A stretch of 63,790 nt of DNA, counting the filler, from Basidiobolus ranarum (taxonomy: Eukaryota), in assembly GCA_040143965.1 (NCBI GenBank). It is 38 parts of 38 records of this genome, joined end to end, with 100 filler letters (N's around TTAATTAATTAA, not from the genome) between each part and the next. Parts side by side here need not be neighbours in the genome. Positions count along the whole stretch, not along the records: positions 50,494 to 52,069 come from JASJQH010004801.1; positions 52,170 to 53,745 come from JASJQH010004802.1; positions 53,846 to 55,420 come from JASJQH010004803.1; positions 55,521 to 57,095 come from JASJQH010004804.1; positions 57,196 to 58,769 come from JASJQH010004805.1; positions 58,870 to 60,443 come from JASJQH010004806.1; positions 60,544 to 62,117 come from JASJQH010004807.1; positions 62,218 to 63,790 come from JASJQH010004808.1; 30 more parts are not named here. One strand, written 5' to 3'. This document shows positions 50,494 to 63,498 of the stretch, piece after piece (positions within the stretch are counted from its first letter, which is position 1; every line of letters begins with the position of its first letter). The position numbers and the translations under genes were made by a program. The notes below the pieces were generated by a model. The model did not search any database. It saw only the letters and a program-made list of their open reading frames with translations, and was not told where the DNA came from.

Positions 50494-52069
50494 TGGCTAA
50501 AACAGTAATACTGTGTATCTCCATCTATCTCACCAAGAAGTCTGTCTTGCAGCTTTCCTAAAAATACCATCAGATTATCACACAAGCAAATTAGTCCGAT
50601 TATAAAGGTACTTACTCTGTGTCCATGGATTGGGCTTTGTTGCTGTAATTGTGCTCAAACAATGCAAAAACCCGTGGGCACATTGAAATGAGCCCTTTGT
50701 TGGCAGGTTAATATACTCTGGAGTCTTCTTAACCCATTGCATTACATCCATCACTGATTTTGCTGATACATTGTTAATCAGATTAGCATAGAGTAATACT
50801 GATGATTTCACACAGAGCATCATTTCACTGCAGGTGCGCTCCATTGGGAACTCCCAGAATGTTTAGCAAGGGCCTATAAACTCTAAGCATTGCAAAAGAT
50901 GCAGCAGGGAATATATTGAATACTGGCATATATTCAGAGTATCTCCTTTAAACCTGTAATAAAGTTTTTCATATCCAATTACAGAATCTTTGCATAGTTG
51001 CTGTATCTGCCTGAGATCTGCCAATGTGAGTTGATGCCGTAAGAATATATTAACAATATTCACAAATAACTCCTAATGATGCTAATACTTATCAGGCAGA
51101 AATCATTTCAAAATTCCACTTGAATATATACAAATCCATTACTTCCAGTCTTTGCATTTGAATAAATGCCTAGATGAGTGGATATTGATGGGAGTCCTGG
51201 TAAAATATGATGTTTCTTGATGTTTTCAATCATTTTCCCAATCAATTCAAACTTTGATCCTATCTTGAATGGCTCATGCATATTGAATTTTCCACTATAT
51301 AGCTGAGTAAATAGTATTGGAATGTTGTTTAAGAGTAAGTTATATGGTGCCTAATGGGAAGCTCTGGCTCCAGCTGATCCCCTTTAGCAATATAATCTTA
51401 GGTTTATGGCTAATACCAAGTTTGATGTTAGACTGACTATTTGGTGAATTGATATCAGTGATCATGTTGAAATCTGACAGGGCTCTTGATGGTAAAATCA
51501 TGAAGTTTAGTGTTGTATTAGGATAGTAGTAATGTGTATGCCTGTTAGAGTAAACTCCATTGATTTGTCAATATCTACACCAATATAGTGCATTGTGCCT
51601 GCAAAAACCTCCAAGTTTACCAATGGCAGGAGTGTCACCAAAACATACAATGATATTAGCTTTAATAAAATATTCACCCATCTGAACCCCATTTGATAAC
51701 CGTTCAACTTCCGCAATCAAAGGCTCCAAGAAGCTATCTGTAAGCACTGGTGATTTTGGTCCAGATATGATGGATAGTATCAAAATATTATGACTCTTAT
51801 ACCATTCAGAAGGAGGAAGCTTTAAGTTGATGAAAATTATTGGCCAGCAAGTGTTTCCAATGGTATATTTGTTGAGTGAGAAACCATCCAGAGCCAATGC
51901 AAATGCATGTTCATACATGTTCACAAAGAAACCTTGACTTTTCAGATTCTGGTAGTGATATCTATCAAGTATATTGGTAATACCATCAGCTTTATGGTGA
52001 GTACTTTGGTATTGGATTGATGATCTATATTTGGGTGATTTCATCAAAACTTTAAGATGGGGAATCAAC
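50494..52069 (-). mobile_element. Decayed CACTA/CMC transposase core to C-term; intron 50558-50615
   Basis: AFALALDGFSLN, CWPIIFINLKLPPSEWYK, GDTPAIGKLGGF, FPMERTC. Confidence 0.87.
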
Positions 52070-52169
52070 NNNNNNNNNNNNNNNNNNNNNNNNNNNNNNN
52101 NNNNNNNNNNNNNTTAATTAATTAANNNNNNNNNNNNNNNNNNNNNNNNNNNNNNNNNNNNNNNNNNNN

Positions 52170-52362
52170 GAATAAAGCTTTCATTATCTTTTGAATGTGC
52201 AATAATGTCTAAAAGTACTTTTCTTAAACATACCACATAAGTAAAATATACTGTTTCCAAAATGGTAAATAACATCGTGCTGGATAGTGCCCAATCATGC
52301 CAATTTGTGCTGGCACACTTTTTAGCTGGCCTGATCTGGCTCAATAAAATGGAACAAGTCTA
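52170..52362 (-). mobile_element. Second (opposite) end type of family F, inserted in LTR A (52363-52592)
   Basis: Shares the terminal ATGGAACAAGTCTA and GTGCC/GGCAC repeats but the interior differs from the other three copies. Confidence 0.5.
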
Positions 52363-52592
52363 ATGTGAGAATTAGCAATTCCATATTGGAAATTTCAAAC
52401 TTGTCCAAATTGCCCCAAAGATAGCTCATTTAACTCCCACAGATGTTCTGAACACAACCCCAGTGTTAGTTTTCTGTATTTCCACCAAAAAGTATAAATG
52501 CTTTATTTCTGGACAACAAACAATTATCTCACAAAGCTATTCTCAACTCCACTTTTCTAAAGTTCCTCCAAACAGCCCATACTTTCCCAATA

Positions 52593-53422
52593 GTAATCAG
52601 GTGGAGATCTCTTCCAATTGCATCTCCTAAGATGGAAAAATGGCACTACAACTTCTTGTTCCAATTTAGGCAATGAAATAACCTCAGGCTTGTTTAGCAG
52701 ACTGCAGGTGAGAGATTTTGAGTGTTTCTCTTACTGATCAAGATCTGGTGAAAGTAGAATTTTCATCAATGTTTGGTTGTTTTTCTAGATCCCAGATTGT
52801 TTTGCTTAAAATTTTTCTTCTTCCACAAATTCCACATCCATTGATTTATTAGCCTCTTATTTTCAGTGTCATACAGCCTGTACCCTTTTGTTCCATCATA
52901 ATATACCAAAAAAAGACATTTCTGGCTTTTTCAATCTAATTTTGATCTCTTCTTGTCTGGAATTGTTGCATATGTGGTACTTCCAAAAACTCTGAGATTA
53001 GCCACATCAGGCTTACTTCCAAACCAAACTTGATAAGGTGTCATAGCCAATAGAGACCTAGAAGGACATCTATTCCAAATATATACTGCAGGTGCAACCT
53101 ATTCAGCCCAGATATGTTTTGGTAAATATTTATCATGAAGCATTGATCTAGCCTTTTCCATTATTGATCTGTTTGCACATTCTGCTACTCCATTCTGCTG
53201 TGGAGAATATGGCACTGTAGTCTGCTGTATTATCCTATGTGTTGAGTAGGAGTTAGAGAAGAGTTTTGAGGTGTATTCCCCTCCATTATCAGTACTGATA
53301 ATCTTAATCTTTAGACCTGTTTCAGTCTCCACCATTGCTTTGCATTTCTTGAAGGTATCAAAGGCTTCATCCTTATGGGCCAGAAAGTACACCCAAGTAT
53401 ACCTTGTCTTATCATCAATAAA
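52593..53422 (-). mobile_element. Copia family A integrase core; family C terminus inserted at 53423-53745
   Basis: FIDDKTRYTWVYFL, STDNGGEY, PYSPQQNGVAE.ANRSIMEKARSML. Confidence 0.92.
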
Positions 53423-53845
53423 TCCTAACAGAAATTTGAGGATTGTTACTGTAGGAAAACTATCACAATTTTAATCCATTTGGGATTGACCATTTACTTA
53501 CCATCATAAAATCATCAAGTTAGATTTGATTTTAATCAATTTTTTCAGTTTCAGGAGTGAAATTTCTAGATCTATCAAAATAGTTGCAAATGATTGGCTA
53601 AAATCTCAGAGAACTATGGATCAACACATGTGCCAAAAACATAACTCAAATTTTACACAATTACCACTTGAATGCTAATTTGTCACCTTCAAAATCCCTA
53701 GTCTCTTTGATATATTCTCCTGAATATTTTTATAGAGTTCTTCATNNNNNNNNNNNNNNNNNNNNNNNNNNNNNNNNNNNNNNNNNNNNTTAATTAATTA
53801 ANNNNNNNNNNNNNNNNNNNNNNNNNNNNNNNNNNNNNNNNNNNN

Positions 53846-55283
53846 GTTTAAAGTCTCTTTGGGTTCCTTGGTAAACTTTCAATAAACAGAAATATGAGTA
53901 CAAATCCATAAAGTCGTTTTGAAATGGGGTAGCGGTAATAAGTAGCATTTTGCGAGTGTAAAGTTTTATAATACTATTGAAACTCAAGCCAGCGGAGTTC
54001 TTTAGAACATCTGCTTCGTCAGCTATAATACGCTGGAACTTAATATGCCAAAGAGGCGAGTTACCATCAATGGCTTCAATACTCAACGTTCCATAAGTGG
54101 TGATAACTATCCGCTTTTGTTCCAGATCTTCAGGTCGCATAGCTCGGTATCGCCCATGAAATAAGTGAATATCATCTTGAGGGATGTTGGTTTTTTCCAT
54201 AATCTCCTCCATCCAATTGAGGATTAAACCGTGTGGAACCACAATTAAATTGGGACGCAATTCCGGTGTTTCTAATATCAGACTTAACACTTGTATTGTT
54301 TTTCCTAATCCCATGGCATCAGCTAACAACACATTATGATAGCGCGCTTCGGTCCGTTTAAGCCATAATACTCCAACTTTCTGATAATCCTTCAATTGCA
54401 CCTTCAAATCAGATAAATATCTGAGTGGAGTACTCTGTGTTGAAAAATTATTTGCTGTAAACCCAATCTCATCGGTAATTTGACCCAAAAGCTGTCGTGT
54501 GCTAAGATGTTGCGCTTCATCAGGAGGATAAACCCACATTCGGTTGTCAACATCGTAAATAAAACTAGTATTGGCATCGTTGGTATATCGAATTAAATTG
54601 CCAAACTCATTCACCAACCCTATAAATGTCGTGCCTAAGGCGCAAATTTTGGAGTGGATATAGAGTTTCTCCCAAGTGTGTGACGTCAAGTTCAAACAAT
54701 AAAATTCCTTAAGCATACTGTCTTCTGTAGGGTTCTGCTGAGACTGATATCCTCCGAGAAGAAATAATTGGTCATAAGCATGAGTGAGTGTTGCCCAACT
54801 ACGTGCAGATGGCATATTTTGTGGATTTCCCAAAAATCCACTTGTCTGGATGGTAGTAACAGTGCATTGGCTGTGGTCGTCTCGAAATTCCATCACCTGA
54901 ATAACACTAGGATCTACATTTTCAAGAGTAGTGAGATAAAATCCACCAAATACAAATAGCCGTGCATCATCGGCAGCACAACTGTTTCCACCAATTGGCG
55001 ATCGGATTGCATTTACGGGAAAGATGGGGATTGCTTGCGTTTGACAACCAATATTACTATAGGTAGCAAATTGCTGTATATAGCAATTTGGTCTTCCTAT
55101 TCTCCAGTCAATTGTTAAATTCCTCTGCTGTAAACGCTCATGTGAGAAGCCACCAAACATGATGACGCACTTCATCGAGGGCGGAACTGCCATGCATGAA
55201 TAACCTCGTCCAGATATCTCGGCTAACGTTATCATAAGTGGTCCGATCTTTGTGCGTAACTCATAATAGGATACAGCTGACAT
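53846..55283 (-). CDS. Kelch-repeat beta-propeller fused to an SNF2-family ATPase N-terminal lobe; intronless, 3' truncated
   Basis: Kelch GG motifs VIMFGG, LFVFGG, PSARSWATL...LFLLGG; SNF2 motifs LKDYQKVGVLWL, LLADAMGLGKT, LIVVP, IVITTY, IIADEAD, LLITATPFQN. Confidence 0.85.
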
Positions 55284-55520
55284 TGAATAGCTAAGAGAAA
55301 TTTTCAAACGTGTAATCTCTTGTTAGTAGCACTCTATTTATTTAACCATCTATGATGGTACAGCAAAACCAATACAAGCCTAATAAGATGAATATTGCAT
55401 AATAAGCTTCATAATTTTTANNNNNNNNNNNNNNNNNNNNNNNNNNNNNNNNNNNNNNNNNNNNTTAATTAATTAANNNNNNNNNNNNNNNNNNNNNNNN
55501 NNNNNNNNNNNNNNNNNNNN

Positions 55521-57095
55521 TATGTTCCAATTTGCAGCTAAGTGATATTTGACTAAGTAATATTAACTAACTTATATGTGATATATGAAATTGATAGGTG
55601 TATAAAGATAGAGATAATAAATATGATAAATATAATCTGTTCATGCTTGTTTTTTTTCTTTTTGTGCCAGCAGGCTTTTGCTTGGAAGCCAATTTTGATT
55701 TGATTTTGAATGGCATTGAAATTTTCAGATGGTAAACTTGGTGTGGTGAAATTGCTTAGAAACAACATATGATAAACCAAAATCACCATCCATTACCAGA
55801 AATATCTTGTAAATCACCTGATGACTCATCTGTGATACTGTCTCAGAATCAGCTGAAGATATTTATGGGCTATACCTAACATACCACCCTTATGTTGGAG
55901 GTGTTCTTTTTTCTACAATGTCTATACCTAGAATTATGTAGGTAGAAATAAAGCTTTAGTTGAACCAGTAAGTCCTGACAGCTTTGAGGACATGCTGCTA
56001 GATGTTGACCTTGGTTATTCCAGTACTGATGGTAGTATATCAGAAGCTGAAGAAGAAGACAATGGTTTTGTTACAGACTCTGTGTTATTGGCAAGCACTA
56101 GTCCACTCAAAACACTTTCAGTAAAGGAAGCAGCTTTGATTATTGAGGAGTGGAGGGTTCAATCTAATCTTAGCAACCAGGTGTTTATTGGTTTTCTTCA
56201 ACTTTTACCACAGTTGATTGGCAACTGTTGCTTTCCACAGACCTGTTATAAGTGGAAAACACTTGTTATTTGTATGACTTACAATTCTTCCATAATTAAA
56301 CTACCTTCATTTGCAAATGTTGTTTGGCTTTCACTAGTGATCTGAAAAACCTGAAGTCATGTACTGTTTGCACCCCATTGGCAATCACTGAATCAGGTAT
56401 ATATCATTCATATTTGGCTTATATATGCTTGATTCCCCATCTTGAAGTTTAGATGAAATTACCCAAATATAGATCATTGATCCAATACCAAAGTACTCAT
56501 TGTAAAGCTGATGGTATTACAAATACTTTATGGATATCACTACCACAATCTGAAAAGTCCAGGTTTCTTTGAGGACATGTATGATCATGCAAATGCATTT
56601 CCTCTGGATGATTTCTCACTAAATAAATATACTGTTGGAAATGCTTGCTGGCCAATAATTTTAATTAACTTAAATCTTCCTCCTTCTGATTGGTAAAGGA
56701 GTCATAATATCTTGATACTCTCCATTGCATCTGGACCTAAGTCACCAGTGCTTGCAGATAGTTTCTTGGAGCCTTTGATTTTGGAATATGAATGGTTATC
56801 TAATGTGGTTCAGATTGGTGAATATTTTATTAAAGCTAATAACATTGCATGTATTGGTGATACTGCTGCTATCAGTAAATCTGGAGGTTTTTGTGGGCAC
56901 AATGCACTATTTTGCTGTAGATGTTGTCAAATCAATGGAATCTACTTTATAAGACATATACCTTTTTACTATCCAAATACAAAACTAAACTCCACAATTT
57001 CATCATCAAGAGCCCAGTCAGATTTCAACATGATCACTGATATAAATTCACCAAATAGGTGGCCTAACATTGATCTTGGTTTTTGCTGTAAGGCT
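55521..57095. mobile_element. Partial LTR A (-, to ~55640) then deleted CACTA/CMC element (ORF B start and transposase, plus)
   Basis: CWPIILINLNLPPS, DSFLEPLI, GFCGHNALFCCRCC. Confidence 0.85.
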
Positions 57096-57195
57096 NNNNN
57101 NNNNNNNNNNNNNNNNNNNNNNNNNNNNNNNNNNNNNNNTTAATTAATTAANNNNNNNNNNNNNNNNNNNNNNNNNNNNNNNNNNNNNNNNNNNN

Positions 57196-57306
57196 CTAAG
57201 TAAATTCCTTATGAGAATAATGGGTAATATCTTAGTTCAATATAAGATAACTAAATACTAAGCTATATATGACTATATAGGTGTTTAGGCAATGCTAATT
57301 TCAACA
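57196..57306 (-). mobile_element. 5' end of LTR family B
   Basis: GGCAATGCTAATTTCAACA terminus. Confidence 0.8.
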
Positions 57307-58187
57307 GTTTATACGCTAGCTTGATATGTGTATATGCATCATTTAGCCATCAATATTATACAAAGCTGCTTCACTGATTGATGGGATTCCAAACATGTCA
57401 CCAAGATATGTATCCTTCCAAAGTTGTTGAGCCAACCATGGGATTATCTAATGTGTGTGAAGTAATCACTTGATCTACTTTAAGGTTTGAAGAGAATTCT
57501 CAAAAGGTCGACTAGTATTTAATCAAGGGAAAGCCATAAGAAACGAGGGGGGTCCCACTCTTTTTAAAGATAAACCATTAAGCAAGACATATGTATAATT
57601 CATCTCAAGCTTATCCTGAATGAAGTGAAACTTTTCAATTTCAACCTACATTGTCATAGGGTGAATATAGCCTGGACTAACTTCTGATATATACTATTTA
57701 TTCAGCAATACTTGTGGAGAGTGTTACTTCATTTAACATATGCTTCTCTAGATATTCTGCTAAACAGATGACAACATTAAACACTAGAAAAAGTATACTG
57801 AAATGTAGACATCCTCCAACACTACACTCAGCAAGGTAATAATCATGGAAAACATCACCTCCACACATTGAAGCAATGGTTGAAGGGAACACCGATAGAT
57901 ATGTAGATAAGTTACACGTTTACTCATCATCCACTGTACACTACCAGCCGAGCAGATAATTCAATCAATATACTTTCAACCCAACCAGCAAGTGAGTTAG
58001 GTAGGTCTCAATGCCTTGCCCATGGTTCAAGTCATAGTTTAATTAACTATTAAAGAGATTGAGGTACTTAAATGGAAAGAGGGTAGTGGGAAATATTGTG
58101 TATATATGTGGGGGTGAACTAAGGCGTATTCGCTAGAAATCGTAAGTAAGAGATATGGTATTATCAAAATGGACTGGAGGGGTTCTT

Positions 58188-58769
58188 TTAGGCAGTAGAT
58201 TCATCATGGGTATCAACCACTCCCTTACCATTTGGCTTTTGCTTACGTTCACGTTGATAAAACTCGGAGAGAGTCTTTTGGGGAATACGATTAAGAAGTT
58301 CCTTAGGGAAGATACGAAGGAGTGACCATGCGTGATCAAGAGATTCGAAAATCGTTCTAGATTCGTAGTGTCCTTGAGCAATGAAGGTTTTCTCAAATTT
58401 GTCCAAGAATTCCAACGATAATTTATCTTCTTGGTTGAGTGCTTCTTCACCTACGACGGCCTTCATAGCAGCAGCATCACGACCAATAGCATATTTGGCA
58501 TATAACTGATTGGAAACATCACCATGATCCTTACGGGTCATACCTTCACCGATGGCGGATTTCATGAGACGGGAGAGTGATGGCAATACGTTAATGGGTG
58601 GGTAGATTTGACGATTGTGAAGTTGACGATCGACGTAGATTTGTCCCTCGGTAATGTAACCAGTCAAATCAGGAATTGGATGAGTAATATCATCGTTAGG
58701 CATGGTCAGAATTGGAATTTGAGTGATAGAACCGTTTCTACCTTCCACACGACCGGCACGCTCATAAAA
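58188..58769 (-). CDS. VMA2: V-type H+-ATPase subunit B, C-terminal part
   Basis: [73 protein letters not shown]. Confidence 0.97.
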   Translation of the reverse strand, partial: FYERAGRVEGRNGSITQIPILTMPNDDITHPIPDLTGYITEGQIYVDRQLHNRQIYPPINVLPSLSRLMKSAIGEGMTRKDHGDVSNQLYAKYAIGRDAAAMKAVVGEEALNQEDKLSLEFLDKFEKTFIAQGHYESRTIFESLDHAWSLLRIFPKELLNRIPQKTLSEFYQRERKQKPNGKGVVDTHDESTA

Positions 58770-58869
58770 NNNNNNNNNNNNNNNNNNNNNNNNNNNNNNN
58801 NNNNNNNNNNNNNTTAATTAATTAANNNNNNNNNNNNNNNNNNNNNNNNNNNNNNNNNNNNNNNNNNNN

Positions 58870-60443
58870 TCTTGAATCGATTGAACTTGCATTCGATGGA
58901 CCTGGAATGTGGATTCTTCCATGGGTACGACTCTTATCTTCAACTCACCTTCTGAATATGAGCAGCGACTGCGGAGTAGATCGTGGTGATTTGCAAGAGC
59001 ATGGATGGCTTGATATAACTTATCCTTGGTCGTTGGATCACGCAATCTCAAAAGCCAGGACTGATTGAAGTGATGTATATTTCCCTCAGTGGCATCCAGG
59101 AAGCGTCTCTGAATCGGTGTTAGAGTAAGATAACCGTTATTGCTGGGGAGTGATACAACTCGGGTCATATCCAAAGATGCAGCCACTGCAGCAAGAGAAC
59201 GAATAGTAGGGTTTTGCATAATTTGCTTCACCGAGAGTGAAATGCCATTTTGACGACTTAAAGAAGACACTCGAATGGCAGAAATGGAGTCTCCACCTAG
59301 TTGAAAGAATGTATCTTCAGCTGAGATACTGGTGGCCGGAATATTCAGTGTTTCAGACCATATCGCTAATATTTTCTTCTCCAAAGGTGTTGTTACTTGG
59401 CTACTAAGATCATTACCGCACTTCGACATTCTTAAGATTTCCTCCAGACTTGAAGACGAGAAGAGATCTGATAGTTTACGACGATCAGTTTTGCCACTCG
59501 AGTTGATTGGAATGATGTTGAGTGGTAACCAAATATTTGGAATCATATATGATGGCAGTTTTCTCCTAACAGTATCTTTCAGCTCCTCAATGTACGCAAA
59601 GGCAGTAACCGCTTGTGATCCGGTTAGAAAACTAGGTGCAGAAAGTGAACTTTCCATGTCACTGAAGGTCAAAAATGCCACCAACGAGTTATGATTAGCT
59701 TTCTCATCAGTCACTAATGGAAGTATACATGCTCTGACTAGCTTGGGGTGTTCATGCAGTGCATGCTCTATCTCATCCAACTCAATTCGTAGCCCATTTA
59801 TCTTAACCTGGTTGTCTATTCTTCCCATCAGCTCCACTGATCCATCTTGATTGAACCGTGCAAGATCCCCACTTCTATACAGACGTTCCTCCATTACAAA
59901 CGGACTCGACACAAAGGCCTTCTCTGTCAGATCAGGTCTGTTTAGATAACCTCGAGCTAGTTGAGGTCCAGCAACACAAAGCTCTCCAACAACTCCGAGT
60001 GGAGCTGGATGGTGGTCTTCACCAAGAATATATATTCTGTTATTTCCAACGGGTCTTCCAACATTGGAGCACGATGTTACTGATTCCATTTGGGTATTGA
60101 CAGTCATCAGAACTGTGGATTCTGTTGGACCATAGCCATTGCTTATGTCAACATATGGCGACCAAATGTTTCGAGCTGTGGTCGACAACATCTCTCCAAT
60201 GAACATCAAGTTCTTCACTGTGGGCAACTTAAGTGGATCGACCATTGTGGCAATGGTAGGAGTCAACATCAGAAAAGTAATATTTAACTTGCTGATCCAT
60301 TCCTCTAAGTTTGTGAGTAAGTAATCCTTTCGAGCCATTGCCACTGAAGCACCAATAGCAAGTGGGGCATATATCTCGAACACCGAAGCGTCAAAAGTGT
60401 AGTTGGCGAATTGCAGGACTGAATCCTTGGCCGTAAGCTGATA
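58870..60443 (-). CDS. Non-ribosomal peptide synthetase fragment: adenylation, thiolation and probable epimerization domain; open at both ends
   Basis: FDASVFEI, NGYGPTE, GELCVAGPQLARGYL, YRSGDL, GRIDNQVKINGLRIEL, NSSGKTDR; FFQLGGDSI; LTPIQRRF...HHFNQSWLL...HHDLLR. Confidence 0.95.
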
Positions 60444-60543
60444 NNNNNNNNNNNNNNNNNNNNNNNNNNNNNNNNNNNNNNNNNNNNTTAATTAATTAAN
60501 NNNNNNNNNNNNNNNNNNNNNNNNNNNNNNNNNNNNNNNNNNN

Positions 60544-62117
60544 AAGATCTGATTGATTTTGGTATTCCATGTGCAAGGAGCCTGTTTCAAACCATATAGA
60601 CTTCCCTGAGGTTTACATACTTAATGTTCTTTTCCTTTTGCAATTTATCCCTCTGGTTGATCCATATATATACCTCCATCAACTTCTCCATTAAGAAATG
60701 CTGTCTTGACATTGATTTGTTCAATCAGCATTCCTTGGTGGGTAGCAATAGCAAAGATTACTATGATTGAGGTAAACTTAGCAACCAGAGAAATTGTTTC
60801 ATTGTAGTTATTGCCATGTTTTTCAGCATAGCCCTTTATTACTAATCTTGCTTTGTACTGGTTGATGAATCTATCTGAGATAAGTCTCAGTTTCAACACC
60901 CATTGATTACCAATAGTCTTATTCCAGTAGGTAAGCACCCAAGGATCCATGTGTTATTCTTGATCAAGGAGCGAGTTTCATCATCAGTAGCTTCTCTCCA
61001 TTCTGTTGCTTCATTAGATTTTTGAGCTTGTGTCAAATTTTCTGGCTCAAAAAATGCTATATGTGCAGATATATTCTACCCATTTTCTGAATTGAATCTG
61101 TTGACTTCATGCTCTGATTTGAGACATCCAAAGTCCTTAGTAGAATGGTCAGATGTTGCACATACAGAATGTTACTAATTTCCACTTGGTAGAATTTCAG
61201 GGACCTGATTGCCTGAATTTTGTGACTGATAGAATACTTGTTGGGATTGATTGCATACTTCTAATAATTGATTACATCCAATATTAGCCATATTGAGAGC
61301 AGGATATTTCATAGGTATATTATTAGTCAGAAAAATATTGCCTTGTTTCTGAGCCCAATTTCCTGATTCCTGATTGGCTGAAAAAATATCCTTTTCCTAA
61401 TTATTGTATTAATCATTGGCAGAGATAATATGCTGATTTCCAGAAGCTGGTTCCAAGTTATTAGCATCCTCAGAGTAATTATCAGGTTTTCTTGCATAAA
61501 TTGGTGCATTTCCAGTGCTGCCTAATGTTTTACTACTCTTATAGCTGCTTGATTCCAGAACATCATGTAGTAGTTTGTTCTCCTTGGTTGCAGTACTTGT
61601 AGTGAAGTTTGAGACAGGATCATTGCATGTTGGATTTTTTGCTAGGAATATTCACCACAAGGATTGGTAATGATTTGAGCTCTGCCATATATTCATTGGT
61701 GGCTGATGTTTTAGACCTTGTCCCAGGTGTGATATTTACTAAACATGGATAATGTTGATATATAGTTTCAGATTGCAAATTTGGCTTAATTCCAGAATCT
61801 ATTTCCAATGTATCATTTTCCAAGTTGGTTTCAGTATTCATTAGCTCAAGATTGGTTTCAGAACTTGTTAACTCAGAATCTGAGTTATTGAGAAATTGAT
61901 TTTCAGCCAAAATCAAAATCCCTTGATTAGAAGATTTGAGATTTTCTTCAATGAATATAGTATCTTGGGAGTTGATGATTTGATTTGTGCCAGCAATTAG
62001 GAGGAAACAGCCTTTGTTTTGATATCCTAATAGGATAAAATTAATTGCCTTTTTGTCCAATTTCCTATGCTGATGTTTAGGAATATGAGCATATACTATT
62101 AATCCAAAAATTCTGAG
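60544..62117 (-). mobile_element. Decayed Copia (distinct family): integrase C-term, long linker, RT start
   Basis: LDKKAINFILLGY, YKARLVIKG, VKTAFLNG, LYGLKQAP; a similar segment lies at ~33520-33609. Confidence 0.85.
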
Positions 62118-62217
62118 NNNNNNNNNNNNNNNNNNNNNNNNNNNNNNNNNNNNNNNNNNNNTTAATTAATTAANNNNNNNNNNNNNNNNNNNNNNNNNNN
62201 NNNNNNNNNNNNNNNNN

Positions 62218-63361
62218 TTGTGTTGGTAGTACAATCCATCTTAAATTAGATTCAAATATAGTATGTCAGTTCACTAAGATCAGTCATTTTGAATTTGGCA
62301 GATAAGCTGGATTTGGTTTTCTCCAAAGTCTTGAAGTCATTGGTTGCTATAATAAGGGCATCAACATATCAGGCTAACAAAACTGGGCTTGTCTTATCAG
62401 TCCTGAAGTAGATACAATAGTCAGCATTACTCTTTTGGAATCTGAGTGTTTGCTAAAAAGTGTCTATCTTGCTATTCCAAGCTCTTGGAGATTGTCTTCA
62501 GCCATAGAGTGTTTTCTGGATTCTGCAAACTTTTTTAGGCCTCTCTAGGCTTACAAATCCATTTGGCTGGTCCAAATAGATCTCCTCAGAAAGCTCACCA
62601 TTCAAATAAGCACCTCAAACATCCATTTGATGCAAAATAAGCTGATATTTAGCTGAAATTGCCAAAATTAGTCTAATTGAATTAAATTTTGTTCTATGAG
62701 AAAAAGTATCTGTATAATCTATTACTGTTGCTTGGGAATAGCCTTTGGCAACTAGTATAGCTTGTTCCTTTCTATATTGCCATCACATATGTATTTAATT
62801 TTAAACACCTATTTGTGGCCAATTTATTTTCTATCTTCAGATAAGCTGGTTATAGTCCAAGTTTGATTTTCAATCAGAGCCTGGTACTCATCAGCCATTG
62901 CAGCTCTCCAAAATTCTGTGTGAGGGCCATTCAGGGCCTCCTTTACAGTTAGGGGCTCATGTATTTGAGCCGTGCAGACATAGGCCCAATATTGGGACTC
63001 ATTGGTAGAGTAATCTGTTAAAGTATTTGGGAGGCTGTTGGAAGTGGTTTAGAGAATTAGAGAAATAGATGGTTTTCACTTATTTATTTATTAAGTAGAG
63101 AGTTGACATTTATAGTTTTGTCAAGATGTAAACATACTAACATGTAGAATGTGTTAGGCAAGGTCCCAGGAACATGTGTGCAAAGTTTGGGGCTTCTAGC
63201 ATAAGTTTAAAAAATCTACATCTCTGCAAACTTGTAAGTTGGTGAAACATTCTAATCAAATTCCAATTCAGAATAATTGATAATATCTTGGTGAATTATA
63301 AGAAACTAAGTACCAAGCTATATATGACTCTAGAGGTGTTTAGGCAATGTTAATATCGACA
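62218..63361 (-). mobile_element. Copia B RT fragment with nested LTR B (63016-63361)
   Basis: Homology to 42110-42780 and to LTR B. Confidence 0.88.
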
Positions 63362-63498
63362 ATTTATGATATGATTTGATCTCCTGGTTTGGAATAAAGG
63401 TACTACAACTTCCGGCATTGTATTGGGCACTTCAGAAGGCAAATATTTAGTTAAAGGATCCACAGCAATGTTATTTCTTCATTGTTTTGGTTTGAATC

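Noticed and set aside
53846-60443. Gene cluster of Kelch-SNF2, VMA2 and NRPS
   Set aside because: Separate contigs ordered only by length; there is no real linkage
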